The notes under the pieces are model-generated. The model was not told the origin of the DNA. It made no database searches and worked only from the letters and a program-made list of their open reading frames with translations. From Actinomycetota bacterium (GTDB lineage Bacteria > Actinomycetota > Acidimicrobiia > IMCC26256 > JAENVU01), in contig VGBT01000001.1 of assembly GCA_016870395.1 (NCBI GenBank), positions 4,376 to 68,375 on the forward strand: a stretch of 64,000 bases of DNA, written 5' to 3'. Position 1 is the first letter of the stretch; each line of letters opens with the position of its first letter. A program made the translations under genes and the position numbers. Below, in pieces: positions 50,223 through 64,000 of the stretch.

Positions 50223-50609
50223 ATGGGAATTACCAGCGGGGTCTACAAGGTGCTGCTCGTCGCGCACGTCCTGAGCGCGATCGTCGGCCTCCTCACCGTG
50301 TTCCTCAACGGGCTATACGCCCGGGAGTCGAAGCGCCGACCCGAACCCGGTGGCCTGGCGATCTCGCGGGCCAACCTCACGGTGAGCCTCGTCGCGGAGA
50401 AGGCGATCTACGCGGTCTTCCTGCTCGGCGTACTGATCCCGACTTCCAAGCGCATCAACGTGTTGTTGGACGAGAGAGTGAGCGCCGGCCCACCGGCGGG
50501 CGCGGCTGCTGGGCCGCCGCCCCAGGTCGCCCAGGTCGAGGCCCTCGACAGGCGCGCCGGCAGTCCGCCATGGCCTTGCCCCTGCTCCTCGTCGCCCTCC
50601 TCTGCCTGA
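50223..50609 (+). CDS. Membrane protein of unknown function (3' part possibly frameshifted)
   Basis: MGITSGVYKVLLVAHVLSAIVGLLTVFLNG...AIYAVFLLGVLIP shows TM helices after SD aaggggg. The last 50 or so codons are low-complexity, while a hydrophobic helix (MALPLLLVALLCLMVW) is encoded in another frame ending at 50632. Confidence 0.4.
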   Translation: MGITSGVYKVLLVAHVLSAIVGLLTVFLNGLYARESKRRPEPGGLAISRANLTVSLVAEKAIYAVFLLGVLIPTSKRINVLLDERVSAGPPAGAAAGPPPQVAQVEALDRRAGSPPWPCPCSSSPSSA

Positions 50610-50681
50610 TGGTCTGGCGACCGGGGATCTGACTGACACGGCCCGGCTGGGCTCGGCGGTCGGTTGCTAGCGTCCCCGCCC

Positions 50682-51254
50682 GTGATCCTCTCCGACCGCT
50701 CCATCAAGGAGGCCCTCGTTTCGGGCCGCATCGTCGTCGAGCCGCTCGACCCGCGTGACGTGCAGCCCAGCTCGGTCGACCTCCACATCGACAAGTACTT
50801 CCGGGTCTTCCGCAACGACACGACGCCCTACATCGACCCCAAGCAGGCCCAGGAGGACCTCACCGAGATCGTCGAGGTCGAGGAGGGCAACGCGTTCATC
50901 CTCCACCCCGGCGAGTTCGTGCTCGGCTCCACCGCCGAGTGCGTGCAGCTGCCCTCCGACCTCGTGGCGCGCCTCGAGGGGAAGTCGTCGTTGGGACGCC
51001 TCGGCCTGCTCATCCACAGCACCGCGGGATTCGTCGATGCCGGATGGGACGGGCACCTCACGCTCGAGCTGTCGAACGTTGCGAACCTGCCGATCGCTCT
51101 GTACCCCGGCATGAAGATCGGCCAGATCTCCTTCTTCCAGATGACCACCGAGGCGGAGCATCCGTACGGCAGCAGCGAGAAGGGCTCGAAGTACCAGGGT
51201 CAGCGGGGACCGACGCCGAGTCGCTACTACCTCAACTTCCGCGACGACCGGTGA
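50682..51254 (+). CDS. dcd: dCTP deaminase (Dcd; possibly bifunctional dCTP deaminase/dUTPase as in Mycobacterium)
   Basis: [22 protein letters not shown]...[10 protein letters not shown]...[38 protein letters not shown] 50682 is chosen as start. Confidence 0.92.
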   Translation: MILSDRSIKEALVSGRIVVEPLDPRDVQPSSVDLHIDKYFRVFRNDTTPYIDPKQAQEDLTEIVEVEEGNAFILHPGEFVLGSTAECVQLPSDLVARLEGKSSLGRLGLLIHSTAGFVDAGWDGHLTLELSNVANLPIALYPGMKIGQISFFQMTTEAEHPYGSSEKGSKYQGQRGPTPSRYYLNFRDDR

Positions 51255-51829
51255 GCCCGCGCGCAGTGGTGCGCTGCAGCTGGGCGGGCAACGACCCGCT
51301 GATGGTCGCCTACCACGACGACGAGTGGGGGGTTCCCGTCCACGACGACCGGCGCCTCTACGAGAAGATCACGCTCGAGGGCGCGCAGTCCGGGTTGTCA
51401 TGGCGCACGATCCTTGCCAAGCGCGAGGGCTATCGCGCCGCCTTCGCCGGCTTCGACCCGGCGAAGGTCGCGCGCTTCACGCCGGCGCGCGTCGAGCGCC
51501 TGCTGCAGGATCCGGGCATCGTGCGGAACCGCATGAAGGTCGAGTCCACCATCGACAACGCGCGCGCGGTCCTTCGCCTGCAGCGCGACGAGGGCAGCCT
51601 CGACGCGTACCTCTGGGGCTGGGTCGACGGCACGCCGATCGTCCATCGCCGGAAGGGCCTCGGCGACATCCCCGCGCAGACCGACCTCTCGAAGGCGATC
51701 AGCAAGGACCTGAAGCGAAGGGGCTTCCGCTTCGTCGGCCCGACGACGGTCTACGCCATGATGCAGTCGGTCGGCCTGGTCAACGACCACACCGTCGACT
51801 GCTTCCGCCACACCCAGCTCGCCGGCTGA
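51251..51829 (+). CDS. tag: DNA-3-methyladenine glycosylase I
   Basis: [48 protein letters not shown]...[26 protein letters not shown] overlap with dcd. Confidence 0.9.
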   Translation: MSPRAVVRCSWAGNDPLMVAYHDDEWGVPVHDDRRLYEKITLEGAQSGLSWRTILAKREGYRAAFAGFDPAKVARFTPARVERLLQDPGIVRNRMKVESTIDNARAVLRLQRDEGSLDAYLWGWVDGTPIVHRRKGLGDIPAQTDLSKAISKDLKRRGFRFVGPTTVYAMMQSVGLVNDHTVDCFRHTQLAG

Positions 51830-51934
51830 CACCGCCGACCACGTTCCTGCGCCGAAAGCGCGCGCCCTGGTGCTCGGATTCGGCGCCGAATGTGAGCACT
51901 GGAGCGCGCGAATCGCGCGTCTAAACGGGGCGGG

Positions 51935-52426
51935 TCAGCGGGGGTAGAAGGCGTTCGTCGCGTCCTCGACGGCGATGAGCTCCTCGACGGTCGGACGCCC
52001 GGCGCTCCCGGCGCGCAGCGCGGCCGACGTCGCCGCCCGGTTGTTCTTGCACACCGCCGCGGCGTCGTCGGCGTCGGGGCTCACCCACACCGCCGCGATC
52101 AGCACGAGCCGGCCGACGGCGCCCGGTGCGATGGTGCGATCTGCGAGGGCGTCGCGCACCCCGAGTGCCAGCCCTGCCTGTGCCGCACCCCAGGTGAGCT
52201 CGGCGTGGCGCCCGCCCGTGATCGCGGCCTTGTTCACGAAGAGCGTCGGCGGAGTCAGGGCGAGCGACGGTCGGAGCGTGGCCACGAAAGGGGCGTGCCC
52301 GGACGTCGGGGTGGCCAGCGCCGTTGCCCACGCGGTGCCCACGGGTCCGTCCCGCTCGCCCAGCACCGTGTTCACGTGGGCGGCGTTGACACCGTCGCCG
52401 ACGAACGACTCCCCGATCTGCATCAT
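51935..52426 (-). CDS. Formaldehyde-activating enzyme (Fae) family protein
   Basis: IGESFVGDGVNAAHVNTVLGERDGPVGTAW...PPTLFVNKAAI...WGAAQAGLALGVRDALADRTI...VWVSPDADDAAAVCKNN aligns by eye along its length with methylotroph Fae ([25 protein letters not shown]...NTLMFNKVTI...). ATGA overlap with the upstream gene. Confidence 0.75.
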   Translation of the reverse strand: MMQIGESFVGDGVNAAHVNTVLGERDGPVGTAWATALATPTSGHAPFVATLRPSLALTPPTLFVNKAAITGGRHAELTWGAAQAGLALGVRDALADRTIAPGAVGRLVLIAAVWVSPDADDAAAVCKNNRAATSAALRAGSAGRPTVEELIAVEDATNAFYPR

Positions 52427-53247
52427 GTCGGTGTGGAGAGGGCCTCGGTGCGGCCGTAGCGTACGAGCTTGAGCAAGTCGGAGCTCTCGGTCCCGGGAGC
52501 GGTGTCGTAGCCGAGGAGCGCGACGATCCGTGCCACCGGTCCGGTCACCGGGCTGACTCGGTGCAGCGAGCGGCGACCCTCGAACACCATCAGCGTTCCG
52601 GGTTCCATCGGGTACCGCACCACCGACGCGCCCGCCTCGCCGGCGAGGATGCGCGCGACGTCGTCGTAGTTCTCGTCGTCGTCGGTGCGGGTGGAAGGCG
52701 CGCATTCGAAGTCGCCACCTGACTCGCTGCTGCGGATCGCCACGGAGACGACGAAGTCGGTGGAGTCGTAGTGCCAGCCCTGGACGTGTTCCTCCTCCAT
52801 GCGGGTCAGGTTGAGCGCGCCGAGGGGGTCGTCCATGCGATACAGCGCGCCGCGCCCCACGATGCCCGCGATCCAGTCGGTGAGCCGGTCCCACTCGTAG
52901 AGCACGCGGATCGGGCAGTCGCGGGGTACGAGGTCGTACGCGAGCACGCGCGTCAGGCTGTGCACGGAGGTCCGCTGTGGGTGTCCCTCCGGGAACGAAT
53001 CGTCGGGGAGCCCCAGGTACGGCGTTCCCCACACGTCCTCCAGGTGCCCGCCCGCCGCGCACCGGTCGACGTCTGCCGCGACCGCGGCGACGGCCTCGGG
53101 CCGCAGGAACCCGGGCAGGCGGGCCACGCCGTCGGCGGCGAGCGTGGCGTGCAACGAGGCGACCACGTCACGGCGATGCGGGTCGTCGTGGGGCGCGCCC
53201 ACCGGGTAGCGATCGACGGCGACGTACGACGCCGGGTCCCAAGCCAT
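52423..53247 (-). CDS. Fe(II)/2-oxoglutarate-dependent oxygenase-like protein
   Basis: A candidate HxD...H facial triad is present (QGWHYDSTDF ... GRRSLHRVSPV), with a following Arg. 274 aa from ATG 53247, preceded by SD gaggaggtgg. The subfamily is not identified. Confidence 0.6.
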   Translation of the reverse strand: MAWDPASYVAVDRYPVGAPHDDPHRRDVVASLHATLAADGVARLPGFLRPEAVAAVAADVDRCAAGGHLEDVWGTPYLGLPDDSFPEGHPQRTSVHSLTRVLAYDLVPRDCPIRVLYEWDRLTDWIAGIVGRGALYRMDDPLGALNLTRMEEEHVQGWHYDSTDFVVSVAIRSSESGGDFECAPSTRTDDDENYDDVARILAGEAGASVVRYPMEPGTLMVFEGRRSLHRVSPVTGPVARIVALLGYDTAPGTESSDLLKLVRYGRTEALSTPT

Positions 53248-53287
53248 GACCACCTCCTCGGGGCTCGGTGGCGCAGAAACCTGCGGG

Positions 53288-55513
53288 TTACACGCCGGGG
53301 TCGAAGTCGGCGCCGGCGGGTCCGGTGAGCGACGGTTCGCTCTCCAGCGCCTCGACGAGCACCTCGGCGATGTCGGACACCACGACGTCCTCACGGCCTT
53401 CGCCCTTGATGCCGTCGTCGAGCATCACCCAGCAGAACGGGCAGGCGACGGCCACCCGGTTCGCACCGGTCGCGAGCGCCTCCTGGGCCCGCTCCGTGTT
53501 CACCTTCTTGCCGATCGACTCCTCCATCCACATGCGTGCCCCGCCGGCGCCGCAGCACATGCCACGCGTCCCGTTGCGCGGCATCTCCACGATGTCGATG
53601 CCCGCGAGCGTGCCGATCACCTTGCGCGGCGCGAGGTACACGTCGTTGTGCCGGCCGAGGTAACACGAGTCGTGGTAGGTCACGCGGTCCGCGAGCGACG
53701 CGCCGGCGAGCGAGAGCCGCCCATCGGCCACGAGCTCGGAGAGGAACTGCGAGTGGTGTACCACCTCGTAGCTTCCGCCTAGCTGCGGGTACTCGTTGCG
53801 CAGCGTGTTGAAGCAATGCGGGCATTGCGTGATGATCTTGCGCACCCCGAGCCCGTCGAGCGTCTCGATGTTCTGCATCGCGAGCATCTGGAAGATGTAC
53901 TCGTTGCCGGAGCGGCGAGCGCTGTCGCCGGTGCACAGCTCGCTCGGACCGAGGATCGCGAAGTCGATGCCGGCGCGCTGGAGCAGCTTCGCGAGTGCGC
54001 GCGTCGTCTTCTTGTTGCGGTCGTCGAAGCTCCCGGCACACCCGACCCACATGAGGTATTCGTGGTCGAACGCCCCTCCGGGCTCCACCACCTCGACACC
54101 CTCGAGGTCGCCCACCCAGTCGGCCCGGTCGCCCTGGTTCATCCCGTAGACGTTGGCCGAGTTCTCCATCGACCGGTACACGTTGCCGAGCGAGGCCGGG
54201 AAGTTGCTCTCCATGAGCGAGAGGTACCGGCGCATGTCGAGGATCTTGTCGAGGATCTCGATGTTCACCGGGCAGATCTCGTCGCACGCCTTGCAGGACG
54301 TGCACGACCAGAGCTCCTCGGCCGTGATCCGCTCGAACAGCGAGTCGGCCGAGACCGTGATCTCCATGTCGACCCCGATGGGCGGTGAGACCGGCGGGGA
54401 GCCGGTGGCGTCCATCACCTCGCCGGTCTTGAGGACGATCTCGCGCGGATCCAGCGGCTTGCCGGTCGCGTGCGCGGGGCACACCGAGGTGCAGCGCCCG
54501 CACATGGTGCACGCGTCGGTGTCGAACAGCTGCTTCCAGGTGAAGTCCTCGACGGTCGCCGCGCCGAAGGTCTCGAGCTCGGTCTCCATGAGGTTCGGCA
54601 TCTCGCGCATCGCACCCTTGGGGCGGGGCTTGTCGCTCAGATACATGTTCATGGGGCTCGTGATCATGTGGCGCAGCATGGTGGTGGGCAGGATCACGAG
54701 GAACGCGAGGAACGCGACCACGTGGACTGCCCACGACCACCGGTACAGGTCGGAGAGCCCGCTCGTCGACCAGTCCTCGAAGAACCCCGAGAGGCCCCAG
54801 CTCAGGAACGACCACTTCTCGAAGTCGGCGGCGTTGCCGACCGTCGCCCGTAGCTCGGCGATGCGGAGCGTCTCGGTGCTGAACCCGGTGAGAGCGATGA
54901 CCAGGAACACGCTGAGGATCGCGAGGTGCTCGGGCTTGGTCTTGATCCGGATCCGGTAGGGCCGCTGGCCGTAGCGACGAGCGAAGGCCCAGACGATCCC
55001 CACGACGAACACGATGCCGGCGACCTCGGCGAGGAACGCGTAGGTCTGGTACACGCGCCCCTGGAGGAACTTCCAGCCCGTCGGGAGCTGGTGGTCGAGC
55101 TCGAGGAGCACCGTCGCGACGAACAGGACGAGGAACCCGAAGTAGATGAACGAGTGCATCACCCCCGCTGCAGGGTCGCGCAGCAGCGTGCGCATCCAGA
55201 CGCCGCGGCGGAAGTCGCGCATCCGGCGGTGGACGTTGCCCTTCGTGGTCTTGCGGTCGTCGGGTCTGCCGCGCTCGTAGTTGCGGACGCGCAGCGACAC
55301 GAGCCAGGCGACGGTGAACAGCGCGACCGAGACCACTGCGTAGAAGGCCACGAGCATCGCGTCGGGGATGTTGACGAACACCTCGCGGTCGATCGGGACG
55401 TCCTCGTGCCATCCCGTGATCTCCGGCGCGATGCCCGACGCGACGGTGCCGATCGCGGCGAGGACGCCGACGGCGAGCACGAGCTGATGTGGCTTCGGCA
55501 GGAAGCGACGCAT
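53288..55513 (-). CDS. Membrane-bound Fe-S oxidoreductase (NarI-like TM domain + 2x[4Fe-4S] + two CCG domains; Rv0338c-like)
   Basis: There are six or so N-terminal TM helices. Ferredoxin motifs are CTMCGRCTSVCPA and CTSCKACDEICPV. The HdrD/GlpC-type cysteine-rich CCG motifs are CPHCFNTL, DSCYLGR, CCGAGG and CPFC. Confidence 0.85.
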   Translation of the reverse strand: MRRFLPKPHQLVLAVGVLAAIGTVASGIAPEITGWHEDVPIDREVFVNIPDAMLVAFYAVVSVALFTVAWLVSLRVRNYERGRPDDRKTTKGNVHRRMRDFRRGVWMRTLLRDPAAGVMHSFIYFGFLVLFVATVLLELDHQLPTGWKFLQGRVYQTYAFLAEVAGIVFVVGIVWAFARRYGQRPYRIRIKTKPEHLAILSVFLVIALTGFSTETLRIAELRATVGNAADFEKWSFLSWGLSGFFEDWSTSGLSDLYRWSWAVHVVAFLAFLVILPTTMLRHMITSPMNMYLSDKPRPKGAMREMPNLMETELETFGAATVEDFTWKQLFDTDACTMCGRCTSVCPAHATGKPLDPREIVLKTGEVMDATGSPPVSPPIGVDMEITVSADSLFERITAEELWSCTSCKACDEICPVNIEILDKILDMRRYLSLMESNFPASLGNVYRSMENSANVYGMNQGDRADWVGDLEGVEVVEPGGAFDHEYLMWVGCAGSFDDRNKKTTRALAKLLQRAGIDFAILGPSELCTGDSARRSGNEYIFQMLAMQNIETLDGLGVRKIITQCPHCFNTLRNEYPQLGGSYEVVHHSQFLSELVADGRLSLAGASLADRVTYHDSCYLGRHNDVYLAPRKVIGTLAGIDIVEMPRNGTRGMCCGAGGARMWMEESIGKKVNTERAQEALATGANRVAVACPFCWVMLDDGIKGEGREDVVVSDIAEVLVEALESEPSLTGPAGADFDPGV

Positions 55514-55545
55514 GCGACCCCCAAGGAGAGACCGCGGAAACCTAC

Positions 55546-55971
55546 CTACTGCACGGACTTCGCATCAGCATCGCGAAGGCGCTTGGCCATACCGGCGAGG
55601 AGCTTGCGTGCGAAGCCGGGAACCTCGTCGATGATCCCGCCGAACTCCCGCTGGCCGAGCACGACGACCTCCATGGGCGTCTCGGCGACCACCGTGGCGT
55701 TGCGGGGGGCCTTGTCGAGCAGGGCCAGTTCGCCGAACGCGTCGCCCGGTTTGATCGAGGCGACCTTGCGTCCCCGGCGGGTGACCTTGGCGGTGCCCTC
55801 GACGATCACGAAGAACTCCGAGCCGGTGGTCCCTTCGGTGACCAGCACCCGCCCGGCGTCGACCTTCACGTCCTCGGCCCGGCGCGCGATCAGGGCCAGC
55901 TCCTTGCGGGAGAGGGCCGAGAACAGCGGCACTTGGGCGAGGTGGTCGAGGAAGGCATCGCGGCGGGCCAT
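55546..55971 (-). CDS. Stand-alone cyclic-nucleotide-binding domain protein
   Basis: VPLFSALSRKELALIARRAEDVKVDAGRVLVTEGTTGSEFFVIVEGTAKV...GDAFGELALLDKAPRNATVVA is a canonical cNMP-binding fold. 141 aa with no output domain. Confidence 0.8.
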   Translation of the reverse strand: MARRDAFLDHLAQVPLFSALSRKELALIARRAEDVKVDAGRVLVTEGTTGSEFFVIVEGTAKVTRRGRKVASIKPGDAFGELALLDKAPRNATVVAETPMEVVVLGQREFGGIIDEVPGFARKLLAGMAKRLRDADAKSVQ

Positions 55972-56129
55972 GCGGGGAAATCTAAACCGCCGGGAGAGCC
56001 AGGGGAAGGAGATGCCTCGATGAGCCGGGAATAGCAGCCCTCTGATAGAAGTTGCCAACTCTCGACTCAAGGTTCCGCCCAACGGGGCGCCCAATCCCAC
56101 CAACCCCCACTACCACGGAGGCAACACCC

Positions 56130-57994
<1,865 letters not shown>

Positions 57995-57998
<4 letters not shown>

Positions 57999-58561
57999 AC
58001 GCGTCCGACCAGCCGGAGCCGGCTGACGCGCAGGCCGACGCGCAGGCCGACGCGCAGGCCGACGCGCAGGCCGACGCGCAGGCCGACGCGCAGGCCGACG
58101 CTGTCGTCGTCGAGGCCGATTTCGGGCGCCTGATGGGCGAGCGCGACGAGATGCGAGCGCTCGCTCAGCAGGTCCAGGCCGACTTCGAGAATTTCCGCAA
58201 GCAGTCGCTCAAGCGGGAGACGGCGGTGATCGAGCGAGCGACCGAAGGACTCGTCGAGGCGCTGTTGCCGGTGCTCGACAGCTTCGAGCTGTGCGTCGGC
58301 CAGTTGGGCAACGACACCGACCCGCCGGTGCGCAAGGGCGTCGAGCTGGTCTACGCGGAGTTGCTGAGCGTGCTGGAGAAGGCGGGCCTCGAGCGCATTG
58401 ACGCGCTGGGTCACCCGTTCGACCCGAACGAGCACGAAGCGGTGATGTCGGAGGCGGGCAACGACGGCGACGACGGCCCGGTCGTCAGCGACATCATGCG
58501 CACGGGGTACCGGCTCAAGGGGCGCGTGGTTCGCCCGGCGATGGTGAAGGTGGCCGGCTAG
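57995..58561 (+). CDS. grpE: Nucleotide exchange factor GrpE
   Basis: GTGA overlap with dnaK. ...[15 protein letters not shown]...LLPVLDSFE...[12 protein letters not shown]. The N-terminus carries (DAQA)6. Confidence 0.93.
58025..58096 (+). repeat. Six perfect tandem copies of a 12-bp unit (gacgcgcaggcc) inside grpE
   Basis: Direct reading shows the unit repeated at 58025, 58037, 58049, 58061, 58073 and 58085. It is in frame and encodes DAQA x6. Confidence 0.95.
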
Positions 58562-58564
58562 CCG

Positions 58565-59710
58565 ATGGCCCCGCAGCGGGAGTGGTTCGAGACCGACTAC
58601 TACTCGGTCCTCGGCATCGCGCACGATGCGTCCGACAAGGACGTCACCCGCGCCTACCGCAAGCTCGCGAAGCGGTACCACCCCGACGCCAACCCCGGCG
58701 ACACGGCCGCCGAGGAGCGGTTCAAGGAGATCTCGGCGGCCAACGACGTGCTCGGCGATCCCGAGAAGCGCAAGGAGTACGACGAGGTCCGGCGGATGGT
58801 GGCCTCCGGCGCGTTCCGCGGCGGCCCGGGCGGGTTCGCCGGCCCGGGCGGGTTCGACGTCGACGGGGAGTTCGATCTCTCCGACCTCCTCGGTGGTCTC
58901 TTCGCGAACGCAAGGCGCGGCGGCCCGGGTGCGGGTCGCGGCCGGCGTGGAGCGCGCCGTGCGCCGCAGCGAGGCCAGGATCTAGAGACCGAGCTGCACC
59001 TCGACTTCCTCGAGGCCGTCCACGGCGTGACCACGTCCGTCGGCTTCACCGCGGACGCGACATGCTCCGCGTGCCAGGGGACGGGTGCCGAGCCGGGCAC
59101 CATGCCCGAGCCGTGCCCGGACTGCGGCGGGAGCGGCGAGGTCGCGATCGACCAGGGGCCGTTCTCGTTCGCGCAGGTGTGCCCGACATGCGGTGGGCGC
59201 GGCGCGATCGTGCGTACGCCGTGCAAGCGCTGCCGCGGCCGCGGCGCGGAGGTTCGTCCCCGGGAGGTCAAGGTCAAGATTCCGGCGGGCGTCGACGACG
59301 GTCAACGCATCCGGGTCAAGGGCCGGGGTGGCGCGGGGATCAACGGTGGTCCACCGGGCGACCTCTACGTGGTCGTGCACGTTCGCCCGCACTCGTTGTT
59401 CGGTCGGAGGGGCAAGCTCGACCTCACGGTGCACGTGCCGGTGACGTTCGCGGAGGCTGTGCTCGGGGCCAACGTGAAGGTGCCGACGCTGGCGGATCCG
59501 GTGACGCTGAAGGTGAAGCCGGGGACGGCCTCCGGCACCACGCAGAAGGTGAAAGGTCGGGGCATCCAGCCGGCGAAGGGCAACGCGGGCGACCTGCTCG
59601 TCACCTTCGACGTCGAGGTGCCCACGAAGCTGAACACCGAGCAGCGAGCCGCCGTCGAGGCGCTCGCAGCAGAGTTCCCTGGCGACCCCCGCGAGTCGTT
59701 CGACCTGTAG
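58565..59710 (+). CDS. dnaJ: Molecular chaperone DnaJ
   Basis: The J domain is [36 protein letters not shown], followed by a G-rich linker. There are four CxxCxGxG zinc-finger repeats. Confidence 0.95.
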   Translation: MAPQREWFETDYYSVLGIAHDASDKDVTRAYRKLAKRYHPDANPGDTAAEERFKEISAANDVLGDPEKRKEYDEVRRMVASGAFRGGPGGFAGPGGFDVDGEFDLSDLLGGLFANARRGGPGAGRGRRGARRAPQRGQDLETELHLDFLEAVHGVTTSVGFTADATCSACQGTGAEPGTMPEPCPDCGGSGEVAIDQGPFSFAQVCPTCGGRGAIVRTPCKRCRGRGAEVRPREVKVKIPAGVDDGQRIRVKGRGGAGINGGPPGDLYVVVHVRPHSLFGRRGKLDLTVHVPVTFAEAVLGANVKVPTLADPVTLKVKPGTASGTTQKVKGRGIQPAKGNAGDLLVTFDVEVPTKLNTEQRAAVEALAAEFPGDPRESFDL

Positions 59711-59724
59711 CCGATCAGGAGGCG

Positions 59725-60105
59725 ATGGTGATGGTGCAACACGACGAGAGGGCGCTGTACATCATCTCGGTGGCCGCCGATCTCGCCGGTGTGCACCCGC
59801 AGACGTTGCGCATCTACGAGCGCAAGGGACTGATCGAGCCGGCCCGCACCGAGGGCCGGAGCCGGCGCTACTCCGAGCGCGACATCGCGCTGCTGCGTCA
59901 CATCCAGGCCCTCACCCAGGAAGGGGTGGGGTTGGCCGGCGTTCGGCGCATCCTCGACCTGGAGGCCCGGGTGGCCGATCTCGAGGACGAGCTCGCGCAG
60001 GCCCGAGTCGAGGCGGTGGCCGCGGTCGACCGGGTGCACCGTAGCTACCGGCGCGACCTCGTGCCGCTCAGCCGAACAGTCGTCCCCTCCCGCTGCCGAG
60101 CGTGA
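59725..60105 (+). CDS. hspR: MerR-family heat-shock repressor HspR
   Basis: [56 protein letters not shown]. It is the last gene of the dnaK operon. SD caggagg lies before the ATG. Confidence 0.9.
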   Translation: MVMVQHDERALYIISVAADLAGVHPQTLRIYERKGLIEPARTEGRSRRYSERDIALLRHIQALTQEGVGLAGVRRILDLEARVADLEDELAQARVEAVAAVDRVHRSYRRDLVPLSRTVVPSRCRA

Positions 60106-60169
60106 CACAGGGGAATGCCGACCTTGGCAACGTCGTTGTCACGGTGCGATCTCGAACCGAGGGAGCCGC

Positions 60170-62776
<2,607 letters not shown>

Positions 62777-62960
62777 CGGGCAAGGGGACCGGAACGCCGG
62801 GCTCGGGTCCGGGGGTGTCCAGCGTCGACTACGCTGTACCCAACGTGAGTGCTGTCGCGTTCCTGGCCGTGCCTCCGAGCGCAGCCCTTTGCGTTCTCGG
62901 CGGTCGCGTTCCCGACTCCGGCCGTCCCGGCAACAGGTCGGATCGTCCCAAAGGTGTCCA

Positions 62961-64000
62961 GTGCCCGGCGCGGTGATCGTGGGCACCCAGTGGGGTGACG
63001 AAGGCAAGGGCCGGTTCACCGACTACCTGGCCAAGGAGGCGTCGCTCTGCGTGCGCTACCAGGGCGGCCACAACGCCGGCCACACCCTGGTGGTCGACGG
63101 CGAGGTCTTCAAGCTCCAGCTGGTGCCGAGCGGGGTGCTCTACCCGTGGGTCGTCCCCGTGATCGGCAACGGCGTGGTTGTCGACCCCGAGGTGCTGCTG
63201 GCCGAGCTCGACATGCTCGAGGGCCGGGGCATCGACAGCCGCCGCATCCGGCTGTCGGGCAACGCGCATCTCATCATGCCGTACCACCAGGAGCTCGACC
63301 GGCTGAACGAGCGCTACCTCGGCAAGGCGAAGCTCGGCACCACCAAGCGCGGCATCGGGCCGGCCTATGCCGACAAGGCGATGCGCGTCGGCCTGCGGGT
63401 GCAGGACCTGCTCGACCCGAAGATCTTCCGCGAGAAGCTCGATCTCGTGCTGCGCGAGAAGAACGGTGTGCTCACGAAGGTCTACAACCGTCTCCCGGTC
63501 GACGCCGCCGCGCTGGCCGAGCAGTACATGGCCCTCACGCCGAGGCTCGAGCCGCTCATCGCCGACACGGTCCACCTCGTGCACCAGGCGCTCGACGCGC
63601 AGCAGTGGGTCCTTCTCGAGGGCGCCCAGGCGACGTTTCTCGATCTCGACCACGGCACCTATCCGTTCGTCACCTCGTCGAACCCGGTTGCCGGCGCGGT
63701 CGGGGCGGGTGCCGGCGTGGGTCCGCGCGACGTCGAGCGGATCGTCGGCGTCGTCAAGGCCTACACGACCCGGGTCGGCAGCGGTCCGTTTCCGGCCGAG
63801 CTCCCCGAGGGTGACTCGGTGGGTGACCTGCTCGTCGAGCGCGGCGCCGAGTACGGCACGAACACGAAGCGCCGGCGCCGGACCGGTTGGCTCGACCTCG
63901 TGATGGTGAAGCACGCGCTCCGGCTCAACACCTGCACCGAGATCGCGCTCACCAAGCTCGACGTGCTCTCCCCGTTGCGCGAGCTCAAGGTGTGCGTGGC
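62961..64000 (+). CDS. purA: Adenylosuccinate synthetase (5' part; continues beyond window end)
   Basis: GTG 62961 opens [44 protein letters not shown]...[14 protein letters not shown]...TYPFVTSSN...[14 protein letters not shown]. The frame stays open to base 64000. It is absent from the ORF track because it has no stop in the window. Confidence 0.92.
   Translation, partial: MPGAVIVGTQWGDEGKGRFTDYLAKEASLCVRYQGGHNAGHTLVVDGEVFKLQLVPSGVLYPWVVPVIGNGVVVDPEVLLAELDMLEGRGIDSRRIRLSGNAHLIMPYHQELDRLNERYLGKAKLGTTKRGIGPAYADKAMRVGLRVQDLLDPKIFREKLDLVLREKNGVLTKVYNRLPVDAAALAEQYMALTPRLEPLIADTVHLVHQALDAQQWVLLEGAQATFLDLDHGTYPFVTSSNPVAGAVGAGAGVGPRDVERIVGVVKAYTTRVGSGPFPAELPEGDSVGDLLVERGAEYGTNTKRRRRTGWLDLVMVKHALRLNTCTEIALTKLDVLSPLRELKVCV

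Noticed and set aside
58025-58096. Considered whether the 12-bp x6 array could be a CRISPR or other spacer-repeat locus
   Set aside because: The copies are contiguous and identical with no spacers. The array is in frame within grpE, so it is a coding microsatellite and not a CRISPR array.

Overview
This is a high-GC (about 70%) actinobacterial chromosome segment centred on the replication origin. Gene content and order closely follow the Mycobacterium-type origin region. The minus-strand block is tRNA-Ala, tRNA-Ile, a DUF3566 protein, gyrA, gyrB, dciA-like, recF, dnaN and dnaA. The diverging plus-strand block is rpmH, rnpA, yidD, yidC, jag, rsmG, parA and parB. Next come the cwlM-like/trxA/trxB/ECF sigma-anti-sigma/kinase/degV/murJ cluster, cca, ino1-padR, panB, rpsF-ssb-rpsR-rplI-dnaB, nucS, dcd-tag, the dnaK-grpE-dnaJ-hspR operon, clpB and the 5' part of purA. 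I found no rRNA genes and no CRISPR array.

The less ordinary items are:
- A 546-aa intein with a LAGLIDADG homing-endonuclease core and an embedded Cro/XRE-like HTH, splitting the Toprim DxD motif of GyrB.
- A co-directional gene set (cNMP-binding protein, membrane Fe-S oxidoreductase, 2OG/Fe(II) oxygenase, formaldehyde-activating-enzyme homologue).
- A stand-alone, apparently active Ser/Thr kinase with an extracellular beta-sandwich-like domain beside murJ, where Mycobacterium has a fused MviN pseudokinase.
- One IS3-family insertion next to tRNA-Gly.
- An exact canonical parS 16-mer.
- DnaA-box clusters in the dnaA-dnaN spacer, at the dnaA 5' end and upstream of dnaB.
- A tandem palindromic AT-rich putative operator in front of padR-ino1.

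All calls come from reading the translations and the sequence by eye. No database or HMM search was possible, so family names are recognition-based and start codons are best guesses.
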